A stretch of 64,000 bases of DNA from IMG/VR virus record IMGVR_UViG_2706796257_000001, positions 64,001-128,000 of that record; one strand, 5' to 3'. Position numbers and translations under genes: made by a program. How positions within the stretch are numbered: the first letter of the stretch is position 1; each line of letters starts with the position of its first letter. Of this stretch, positions 37,374 through 45,895 are shown piece after piece. The notes beneath the pieces are model-generated. The model made no database searches, had not been told where the DNA came from, and worked only from the letters and a program-made list of their open reading frames with translations. Origin of the DNA: a virus. Lineage: Duplodnaviria; Caudoviricetes.

Positions 37374-37487
37374 GGTTGAAGTAAAAATTTTTAAAGTTAA
37401 CCAGAACGGTTGAGAGATTGGATACAGAAAGGATAATAGATTATAAATCTATACAAATAAAAATGCCCTAGAGTTAAACTAGGGCGT
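37367..37487 (-). repeat. Terminator-spacer-promoter cassette, copy 2
   Basis: Homologous to 22731-22848; hairpin GCCCTAG..CTAGGGC followed by ATTTTT. Confidence 0.8.
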
Positions 37488-37493
37488 GAGAGA

Positions 37494-38054
37494 TTAAATC
37501 TTATAGAACCTGAACGGATTTATATGGAAAGCAAGCATTGCTCTAGGTATCGGACGGGATAACAAGCTTTTAAGTTTCCACCCGCAATAAACTCGTAGGT
37601 AAAATTGAATTTTTCCAATTCTTAGATAAGGAACAGCAGCAAAAACTCCCCAAGCGTCATCGTTCCACATAAACAGCCATCCATGATGAGCTTTATCCGG
37701 AGAACCCGATTCTACATTAGGGTTTCCACGATAATGAAACTCTGAAGTAGCGGGGCGGCCAAGGACATAATATGCAAAGTTATAAGCTTTATTTCGCCAC
37801 AGCCATGCTACGCGTTGAAAGTATTTACCTAAAACTGGAATTTTACGAATTTTCGACCAGCGCTCAATATGTCCACGGTCTCCATCAATAGGATTGTCGT
37901 ATGTTTCCATCCAACGGAATCCTTTAGGTAAGTGACCAGTCTTTTCAGAATAGAATGGAACAATAAATGGAGCCAATACAACAGCTAAAACCATAGAAAT
38001 GAAATCTAGTGGAACAAGAAAAATCCATGAAGCGTATTTTAGAAATTTAGTCAT
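37494..38054 (-). CDS. Trp-rich membrane-associated phage protein
   Basis: N-terminal TM, T.DNPIDGD, WLWRN.AY.F, GWKL. Confidence 0.8.
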   Translation of the reverse strand: MTKFLKYASWIFLVPLDFISMVLAVVLAPFIVPFYSEKTGHLPKGFRWMETYDNPIDGDRGHIERWSKIRKIPVLGKYFQRVAWLWRNKAYNFAYYVLGRPATSEFHYRGNPNVESGSPDKAHHGWLFMWNDDAWGVFAAVPYLRIGKIQFYLRVYCGWKLKSLLSRPIPRAMLAFHINPFRFYKI

Positions 38055-38075
38055 AATCTACTCTAATTAAAATAT

Positions 38076-38519
38076 TTATTGAAGCGAATTTCGAATTCTA
38101 GTCAATTGAGCGCAAAATTCCCGCTCCGTAAGAATAGTTTCCGTTTCTTTATTTTTACCCATTGAATGAGTTAATGTAGCGTTACGGGTTGCTAAAAGAG
38201 CTCTTTTGAACCCGTCGTTTTGGGACAGTGCATCATATGCTCTTGTGATTAAATTTTGATAAGCCTCTGACGACCGATGAATAGGAACACCACGCCAGTA
38301 CAATGTCTGAGTTGGCCACCATCGTTTCTTTTTACCTTTGAATTTAGCTTGTCTTCCAACTAAAGTGCAAACATGCTCTTGCATTTCAACCGAAGAAAAT
38401 TTGAGGGATTGTAAAAATCCCTCCATTGAAGCACATTTAACTCCGTCAATTTCAAATGAATGTGGAGCAAAGTTGCTTAATGAAGACGACGGATAACCCG
38501 ACCCTGAACCAATATCCAT
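38076..38519 (-). CDS. NADAR-family protein (T4 gp30.3-like)
   Basis: LSNF, EGFLQ..K, TLYWRG, F..ALLAT....L.HS, TILTE.EF. Confidence 0.85.
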   Translation of the reverse strand: MDIGSGSGYPSSSLSNFAPHSFEIDGVKCASMEGFLQSLKFSSVEMQEHVCTLVGRQAKFKGKKKRWWPTQTLYWRGVPIHRSSEAYQNLITRAYDALSQNDGFKRALLATRNATLTHSMGKNKETETILTEREFCAQLTRIRNSLQ

Positions 38520-38541
38520 TTAATCAACCTTATAAACAAAT

Positions 38542-38562
38542 ATGGAGGGATTTATCCCTCCA
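38542..38562 (-). terminator. Rho-independent terminator
   Basis: ATGGAGGGA-TAAA-TCCCTCCAT then ATTTGTTT. Confidence 0.75.
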
Positions 38563-38567
38563 TCATA

Positions 38568-38834
38568 TTAATACTGACTACGCATTTTAGCTTTAATGGC
38601 TTTAAGTTGCGGAGAATCATTGCCGTATGCTTTCCAAACGACCATTTCAGCACCGTTGTTTTCCATGGAGTGAACGATAATTTTACCGTTCTTGCCTTTT
38701 TCTACACCAGCTTGATAGCGTTGGAAATCGCTGTTAGTAATTTTCTTAAAGTCTTTGATATCACCTTCAATCTCATATGAGAAATTGAAGCCGCTCCACT
38801 TACTTTCATTGATAAATTCTTGGTAAGTTTTCAT
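38568..38834 (-). CDS. Internal head protein
   Basis: [10 protein letters not shown]. Confidence 0.85.
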   Translation of the reverse strand: MKTYQEFINESKWSGFNFSYEIEGDIKDFKKITNSDFQRYQAGVEKGKNGKIIVHSMENNGAEMVVWKAYGNDSPQLKAIKAKMRSQY

Positions 38835-38881
38835 TGTTATCTGCCTAGTTAATAAAAATATATTTATTATAGCATAAAGAG

Positions 38882-38963
38882 TTGAAATAAGGATTTGAAA
38901 CTTATATAGTTGCACAGACGTATCTGCCTTCGAATTCCTCACTAAGTTTAAGCAACTATTCAA
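38882..38963 (-). ncRNA. Candidate pseudoknotted RNA in tRNA-Arg 3' trailer
   Basis: TAGTTGC/GCAACTA, AAACTTA/TAAGTTT, GCAGA-TACG-TCTGT, TTGAA/TTCAA. Confidence 0.4.
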
Positions 38964-38969
38964 TTAAAT

Positions 38970-39046
38970 TGGTCGAGACAGAAGGATTCTAACCTTCAAC
39001 CTACGGTTTAGAAGACCGTTGCTCTATACTATTAAGCTATGCCTCG
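38970..39046 (-). tRNA. tRNA-Arg (TCT)
   Basis: Full cloverleaf, ACGGT-CTTCTAA-ACCGT, encoded CCA, A20. Confidence 0.93.
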
Positions 39047-39564
39047 GAAATAGTTTTGCGTCTATATACTTCTCCGTCGTAATATTTATCGACAAGACGC
39101 TTTACTTGACTGTGTGATATTTTTAATATTTTAGAGGCTTCAGAAACCCACCCAAATTTAGTTTTATCCACGTCTTTTATTAAGTTTAATTGAGACGTAG
39201 ATAATTCTAGACCTCTAATCTTGGCTTTAGCACTACCAGCTTTTCCTAGTTTAACACCGGCCAAATAAAGTTGTTCCTTGGTTCGAGTATCAACTCTTTT
39301 TCCATTTGTATGGAGGTCTTTATTATTTTGGCTATTAGTAGCGCAATAAACATTTTCAATAGAATAAGGTCCAGAATCACCGATGCGACACATACAATAT
39401 TGTTGAGCTTTATTACCGCGTTTTTCTAATTTTCCAGTTGAAATCCACCAATTAAGCCAGGACTCATATGTAAATAACCATTCTATGTTTCTAGCCTTCG
39501 CCTTTCTTCTTTGATTTTCATATTTAACTTTCATGTTTATTGCTTTCACATTTATCGCTTTCAT
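39037..39564 (-). mobile_element. HNH-like (His-Me finger) endonuclease in tRNA cluster
   Basis: AKARNIEW.FT...W..WW, YCMCRIGDSGPYS.ENV...T.SQN, C-terminal HTH-like region. Confidence 0.8.
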
Positions 39565-39685
39565 TCGGCTATCCAATTTTAAGAAGAGTGAGAGTCTTAG
39601 TCTTGTACGGAGTAACCTTTTATACATTGGCAGCTATCGCGCGATTCGCACTTCCGATAAATGGAGTTACCGTTACACTCTAATT

Positions 39686-39761
39686 TGGCTGGGAATACTG
39701 GGCTCGAACCAGTGCATCCCGGAATCAAAATCCGGTGCCTTACCAACTTGGCTAATTCCCA
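39686..39761 (-). tRNA. tRNA-Gln (TTG)
   Basis: Cloverleaf, CCGGA-TTTTGAT-TCCGG, GTTCGAG, CCA. Confidence 0.97.
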
Positions 39762-39767
39762 ATTATT

Positions 39768-39843
39768 TGGTGGCCCCTGCTGGACTTGAACCAGCGACCA
39801 AGCGATTATGAGTCGCCTGCTCTAACCACTGAGCTAAGGGGCC
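39768..39843 (-). tRNA. tRNA with CAT anticodon, most likely Ile2 (lysidine)
   Basis: GGCCCCTTAGCTCAGTGGTTAGAGCAGGCGACTCATAATCGC..., matches recalled enterobacterial ileX. Confidence 0.92.
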
Positions 39844-39902
39844 GTAATTCTATTATGAAAGGCTCTATGTTAAGAACCTTTGGTAATAGAGGGTACTTAT
39901 TA

Positions 39903-39929
39903 ATAATAACACTAATTTCTTAAAGCATA
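39903..39929 (-). promoter_or_regulatory. MotA middle promoter for tRNA cluster
   Basis: TATGCTTTA-N12-TATTAT. Confidence 0.75.
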
Positions 39930-40399
39930 TTAATGCGCTTCACATCTGGCATAACGATTGGCTCATCAATGATGAATAACTTAACGCTCTCGACTACGCG
40001 CAAGAAATCAGAATCATATTCTACCGGATAACCTAGGAGCTCTTGTAAACCTTCTAAGAGGTCATACTCTTCTTGCTCGTCACCATCAATAAGTAATTGC
40101 AGGTCTTGGAAGAAAAGAACCTTTTTAATGAATTCAATAGTCAACTGCCCCGATTCAATACCGTTAGCAATATGTTTAACAACACTACCCTTAACTATGT
40201 CCCATTCCTCATTGCCACATTTCTTGCTGTTGTTGCAATGAGACTCTTTGAACAGTTCCAGAATATATTTGTACTGTTGGATTTCTTGTTCTTCAACACC
40301 GATGACAGTCTGGGTTTTATAATGGTCAGCATCATTTTCCCATGTCTGGATTTCAAGCATGTAACCTTTAGGGATAGTTTGTCCGAATTTAATTTCCAT
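39920..40399 (-). CDS. Hypothetical protein
   Basis: ORF; TWENDAD.Y motif. Confidence 0.8.
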   Translation of the reverse strand: MEIKFGQTIPKGYMLEIQTWENDADHYKTQTVIGVEEQEIQQYKYILELFKESHCNNSKKCGNEEWDIVKGSVVKHIANGIESGQLTIEFIKKVLFFQDLQLLIDGDEQEEYDLLEGLQELLGYPVEYDSDFLRVVESVKLFIIDEPIVMPDVKRINML

Positions 40400-40692
40400 T
40401 AAAATATACTCGCATATTGTTGTTTGATTACACTAAGGTTCAAAGAATTTTCAAAAATATTGTATTCCTTTCGCCCATCTTCAGTTAGTAAAAAGAACTC
40501 AAAATTGACCGTGTTGAACTCGCGCTCATTTCCTACCATTTTAACAACAGAAGAGCTTCGGTCAATGTCAATATATTCAACTTCAAAATATGATAAAATT
40601 CCGTGTTCTTCAATTAATGATTTGGCAGCCACCTGGTCAGTTGCGTATCCGTTTTCAGTATTATTTACAGCTGTGTAGAGAATCATCACCAC
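40399..40692 (-). CDS. trna.2: Trna.2-like protein
   Basis: ENGY..DQ.AAK.LI...GIL..FEVE...IDRSSS. Confidence 0.8.
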   Translation of the reverse strand: MVMILYTAVNNTENGYATDQVAAKSLIEEHGILSYFEVEYIDIDRSSSVVKMVGNEREFNTVNFEFFLLTEDGRKEYNIFENSLNLSVIKQQYASIF

Positions 40693-40898
40693 ATTCCTTC
40701 GTCAATAATAATGTGAGTGTTGGTATTCACGATTTGCCACCAGTCGAAATGACCATCACTATCTTTAGGCTTTTTCTGATTTTCTTCGATAAGTTCACGA
40801 AGCTCATCTTCAGAAAAAGCAGTAGCAATTAAATCATTGTATCTGCCAGCGGGATAATAATTATCACCGCCAAATAACAAGAAATTGACTTTAGTCAT
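40686..40898 (-). CDS. Hypothetical protein
   Basis: FLLFGGDNYYP.G...DWWQIV. Confidence 0.8.
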   Translation of the reverse strand: MTKVNFLLFGGDNYYPAGRYNDLIATAFSEDELRELIEENQKKPKDSDGHFDWWQIVNTNTHIIIDEGMW

Positions 40899-40900
40899 AT

Positions 40901-41086
40901 TTACCTTTTAAACATCTGATGAGTCATGTAGACAATAACCGCTAACCATAAAAATACACTATTAATCGACGTTAAGACAAGGCCTGCTATAATTCCAGCA
41001 AAAGCAAAATCCCATTCAGTGAATTCTTTCTTGTCAAAATTATAGTTTTTTCTAAAATATTTCTGAATTTCTTTAAGCTTTTTCAT
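40901..41086 (-). CDS. Small membrane protein
   Basis: Hydrophobic C-terminal half. Confidence 0.7.
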   Translation of the reverse strand: MKKLKEIQKYFRKNYNFDKKEFTEWDFAFAGIIAGLVLTSINSVFLWLAVIVYMTHQMFKR

Positions 41087-41258
41087 TAGAAATTTTGTCC
41101 ATAACAAATGATACTACGCCGAGAACAGCTACGGCAATGAAAGCACTCATAGTTTCAGCTTGAGATAAAATTTCTAAAGACCCTGCCATGGTAGAAAAAC
41201 CAAAGCCACCAAGACATAATACTGCAGATATATTACGAATAAGTTCACAACGTTTCAT
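41073..41258 (-). CDS. trna.4: Trna.4-like membrane protein
   Basis: MKRCELIRN...MDKIS. Confidence 0.8.
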   Translation of the reverse strand: MKRCELIRNISAVLCLGGFGFSTMAGSLEILSQAETMSAFIAVAVLGVVSFVMDKISNEKA

Positions 41259-41288
41259 TTTATTTTCCTCATTTGTTTTGATAGGGTT

Positions 41289-41318
41289 ATAATATCATAA
41301 CCCTCAAGGAAAGTAAAC
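41289..41318 (-). promoter_or_regulatory. Early promoter
   Basis: GTTTAC-N18-TATTAT. Confidence 0.85.
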
Positions 41319-41320
41319 GG

Positions 41321-41554
41321 TTAAATCGCGCCGTCGTCTTTTGCAATATTAAGAATAGTATCATACAATTCCTCAGCTTCTTTCTTACGTGCTGAGATTT
41401 TGGTGTACTCTTCATATTGCTCAATCTTAGAAAGCATAGATTTTACAGATGAATAATGGTTTTTCAACTTTTTGATTTCAGAAATAGTAAAACGTTTATC
41501 TAGGCCTTCGTTCAAATAAGTCGATTCGTTAACAAATTCTTTAAAAGATTTCAT
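41321..41554 (-). CDS. Internal head protein
   Basis: MKSFKEFVNE. Confidence 0.8.
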   Translation of the reverse strand: MKSFKEFVNESTYLNEGLDKRFTISEIKKLKNHYSSVKSMLSKIEQYEEYTKISARKKEAEELYDTILNIAKDDGAI

Positions 41555-41581
41555 AATAGTTCCATGTTTGTTGATAGAGTT

Positions 41582-41611
41582 ATAGTATCATAACCTGCAA
41601 GAAATGTAAAC
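41582..41611 (-). promoter_or_regulatory. Early promoter
   Basis: GTTTAC-N18-TACTAT. Confidence 0.85.
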
Positions 41612-41614
41612 ATT

Positions 41615-42583
<969 letters not shown>

Positions 42584-42587
<4 letters not shown>

Positions 42588-43309
42588 TTTAAAACCTTTT
42601 TAATTTTTGCATAAAGTTCTTCTAAAGAACCGTCATTAGTAATAACTGTATCGCCTTGTTTAATAGGCAAGCCAGCTTCTGTTATATGAGTGTCAACTTT
42701 TGAATTGACTGAGCTAGGACGAACTACATGAATTACCGTAGCACCCATCGCCCTAGCCGCGTCCAATTCATGGTCTTGACGAGTGTCTGGTACTATAAAA
42801 TAATCGAGATTTTTTCCAAAATTATCTAAATAGACCAGAGAAAACCATTTAACCCAATACATACGGTCGAAGTGATTGACCATGATGTCTGTCCCAAGGG
42901 TCTGCATGAGACGACGAACTGACCATTCATCTTCAATACTATTTATAGTGTCTTTAATTATTGAAAGAGAACGATGGTCGATATATCCGTTATAAAAATA
43001 AGCATTTTTAATAGATAACGTACCACTTAGCCATGACATGGCAGACTCAATGATGTTTATAACTTGCACCTTTGAAATTTTCAAATCAACTTCACGGTCA
43101 TAATCAATTCCTTCCCAATCACTTCGGGTTAAAGCTGGAAACAATTTACCGACGTCTTTTGACATGATAGCAACTTGATAAGCATAACAAAGAGCGTCTT
43201 TAATTGGCCCGGCTAATTGGTGCTTAATTGCACCATAATTTTCCATTATGTAATCGGCAGTTGTGTCTTTTCCGCTTCGTTTTTTACCAATCAAAAAAAT
43301 TAATTTCAT
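42584..43309 (-). CDS. 1: dNMP kinase gp1
   Basis: GKKRSGKDT, RRLMQTLGTD, PDTRQDHE, HITE.GL. Confidence 0.98.
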
Positions 43310-43896
43310 TATTTCCTCATAGATGGATGCATTCCAATACGTTGATTAGCAGCCTCGGCCATATTTTGCCGTGTTGTAATAATTCTACCATCTTTTTCTA
43401 TTTGCAAATACTTATACGGCATGATGGCTTGACATGTTACAGCTGGGTCAGTATCTTCTGTGTAGTTGTATTCCACTTCGCCTAAGTCGCTTATCCAACA
43501 TCCATAGTAATGAATAGACAAAACAATTCTAGTTTTGCTATTGTCTAAAATATGAACACTAACATGTTGAGGCATACTACCATCGCGCCAGGCGAAGTTA
43601 TCTCCAGTTTGGTAGTTATTTATGCCTATCATCCATTGATACATCTGCAGCCAAGAGTCCAGTTCTTCATCCACCAAAAATCTGATAACCAATGGATCGA
43701 ATTCGAACGTTGAACCAGGAAGGTTCGCTCGTCCAAGACCCATAGTGCCAGAGGGAATATCAGTAACAGGAATTCTTATACCAGGTATATTAGCTGATTG
43801 CGCATTAAGCGTAAAACCTTTTGTCAAGCCAACATCCGGAATGTCTACAACAAAGTTAGTTATGTTGGTTTGATTGTATATCTGTTGTGTGTTCAA
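43309..43896 (-). CDS. 3: Tail tube terminator gp3
   Basis: NQTN.TNFVV.IPD, PGSTFEFDPL, VDEEL.SW; TTG start. Confidence 0.95.
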   Translation of the reverse strand: MNTQQIYNQTNITNFVVDIPDVGLTKGFTLNAQSANIPGIRIPVTDIPSGTMGLGRANLPGSTFEFDPLVIRFLVDEELDSWLQMYQWMIGINNYQTGDNFAWRDGSMPQHVSVHILDNSKTRIVLSIHYYGCWISDLGEVEYNYTEDTDPAVTCQAIMPYKYLQIEKDGRIITTRQNMAEAANQRIGMHPSMRK

Positions 43897-43968
43897 TCTG
43901 CTTTTCTCCAGATGTTGTTATAATGAATTTGTCCTTCCGGTTAATCAAATAATCAACCAGAAGAACAA
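43896..43968 (-). promoter_or_regulatory. Two leader hairpins upstream of gene 3
   Basis: 18-bp stem with four GU pairs (43929-43968) and ATCTG/CAGAT stem around the SD. Confidence 0.6.
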
Positions 43969-43982
43969 GAAAGTAAATAGAA

Positions 43983-44819
43983 TTATGATTTCCATACAGC
44001 GTTTGCGCTGAAACGTTTACCTTTACTTTGGAAATTCTGAAGAGGTAACATAACTACATTTGCCCAATCAGCAGGTTTAATTTCAGTCAAACTCCCCTTT
44101 ATATGACCAGGTAAATATGCTTTAATCATTTTATCTGCGCCTTGAAATCCCTTCACTTGACTCCAGTTCACTTTCAATTTCGTTTTGTTTGTTATAGTTG
44201 GAGTGTTAGAATACTGCTTTAGCAGCTCTTCGAGAAATTGTTGCCGAGCCTTTGGCGGAATATAGTGTAAGTTCAATCCATACATTAATGTTGAATTGCC
44301 TTGTTTACCCATTCCTAAATAAATTATTAATGGAAATCTATCCCAATATGGAAGAGTATCTTTATGCTTAGCATCATACATATAAGCATATAATTTTCCA
44401 GGTTGCGGTTTTGTTACTTGATGGCCTCTGATGTTCTTTTTGATAGTCTCGGAGAACCATTTAGCAGATTTATTATTTACTGCTGCTCCTTCATTTCTAA
44501 TTTTATCGCGAAGCGAAGACCTGAAACTATTAATCATTATCAGCTGTCTTTCTTGTTTTGACAACTTATTAGCAGGTTTTCCTTCAAGTTTAGCAATTTT
44601 TTCCGCGAACTTTATCTTAGAAGAATACCTTGACATAGCCTTAGTGAAAGTAGCATAAGGTATTTCTTTGGACTCAGCAAATTCTTTTGAGCTCATCCCT
44701 TTGGATTTAGCTTTATTAAATTCAAGTCCTATTTCAACCCATTTCTTTTCATTTCTTGAAACTGGTTTAGGACGAGTAGTAGAACTTGCAGCCTCGCCAA
44801 TGATTTCAAAAATAGCCAT
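43983..44819 (-). CDS. 2: DNA end protector gp2
   Basis: [24 protein letters not shown]. Confidence 0.97.
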   Translation of the reverse strand: MAIFEIIGEAASSTTRPKPVSRNEKKWVEIGLEFNKAKSKGMSSKEFAESKEIPYATFTKAMSRYSSKIKFAEKIAKLEGKPANKLSKQERQLIMINSFRSSLRDKIRNEGAAVNNKSAKWFSETIKKNIRGHQVTKPQPGKLYAYMYDAKHKDTLPYWDRFPLIIYLGMGKQGNSTLMYGLNLHYIPPKARQQFLEELLKQYSNTPTITNKTKLKVNWSQVKGFQGADKMIKAYLPGHIKGSLTEIKPADWANVVMLPLQNFQSKGKRFSANAVWKS

Positions 44820-45268
44820 TATCCTTTCCACCCTAGTCTTCGAAGACCATCTTCTGTTAATAATCTGAACTGTATATTATTTTTTTCTGCGACTTGTAAC
44901 GCAGCTTTCCACTTATCAGTATTTACTGAATATGTATAAATTGAATCGATGTATCTTTTCTTTGCTGCTGTAGTTAATTTAGCAGGTTTAGGAGGAGGGA
45001 CTGTTTCTTTTTTGGGTTTTACTTCAAAGAAAAACTCTTGACCTGTATCAAATTTCACCCAAAAATCCATGAAATATCGGCGTTTTTTGCCGTCGGCATT
45101 GCTAAAGTATGGAATTACCACTTCTTCTGAATTCCACTTCACTACTTGAGGATTTGTATCACACCATCTCATAAAAAACTGTTCCCATGAAGAGCGATAA
45201 GTTATTTTACGGATGTCTCCTCTATATTTTTGATGGTTCGTTGGAGTGAACCTTCCTGAATATGCCAT
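44819..45268 (-). CDS. 4: Head completion nuclease gp4
   Basis: MAYSG.F.P.N..KY.GD, YRSSWE, RYFMDF, EVKP. Confidence 0.98.
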   Translation of the reverse strand: MAYSGRFTPTNHQKYRGDIRKITYRSSWEQFFMRWCDTNPQVVKWNSEEVVIPYFSNADGKKRRYFMDFWVKFDTGQEFFFEVKPKKETVPPPKPAKLTTAAKKRYIDSIYTYSVNTDKWKAALQVAEKNNIQFRLLTEDGLRRLGWKG

Positions 45269-45281
45269 TATTATCTCCTCT

Positions 45282-45304
45282 AATAAATACTAATATTATT
45301 TATA
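45282..45304. promoter_or_regulatory. Divergent late promoters for 4 and 53
   Basis: TATAAATA (-) at 45297-45304; AATAAATA (+) at 45282-45289. Confidence 0.75.
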
Positions 45305-45319
45305 TGTGGGAGAGGTTCC

Positions 45320-45895
45320 ATGATTTTTTCTTTTTTCGACCCAATTGATTATAAGGCAAAAACTGTCGATAAAAATTCCAAAACTATTAAAATGACTGAC
45401 ATCTTTCGCAATTACAAATCTTACTTTAAACGTGTTGCGGCGGGTTATCGTCTAAGAACTTATTACATTCAAGGAAGTCCAAGACCCGAAGAACTAGCTT
45501 ATCAAATTTACGGAAACTCTCAGTTATATTGGGTTCTTTTATTTTGTAATGATAATTATGACCCGTATTACGGCTGGATAATTTCACAAGATGCTTCTTA
45601 TCTTGCAGCAATGCAGCGTTATGAAAAAGCGGGAGGAGAACAAGTACTTTATCACGTAGATGAAAATGGCGAGCGCTATTATAATCTAATAGAAGACCCT
45701 AATAACCCTGGTACTTGGTATGATAAAGGCGACCTAGAAATGAAATATCCTCAATACAATGGAGCTCTCGCTGCAGTTGATATCTATGAAGCTGCTATCA
45801 TTGATAATGAAAAAAGACGAGAAATAAAAATTATTTCTCCTAATGATATCGATTCGTTTATTAACGACTTAATTAGAGAGATGGAGATTGCTTAA
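45320..45895 (+). CDS. 53: Baseplate wedge gp53
   Basis: FSFFDPI.Y, RPEELA..IYGN.QLYW. Confidence 0.97.
   Translation: MIFSFFDPIDYKAKTVDKNSKTIKMTDIFRNYKSYFKRVAAGYRLRTYYIQGSPRPEELAYQIYGNSQLYWVLLFCNDNYDPYYGWIISQDASYLAAMQRYEKAGGEQVLYHVDENGERYYNLIEDPNNPGTWYDKGDLEMKYPQYNGALAAVDIYEAAIIDNEKRREIKIISPNDIDSFINDLIREMEIA

Noticed and set aside
38835-38963. N-terminal extensions of internal protein ORFs (also 36115, 41926)
   Set aside because: The capsid-targeting sequence must be N-terminal, and SD-like sequences support the MKTY starts
38882-38963. Firm pistol or HDV/theta ribozyme call, or T4 RNA C/D
   Set aside because: P1 hairpin and catalytic-core pattern incomplete; no match to recalled T4 RNAs; kept only as a candidate
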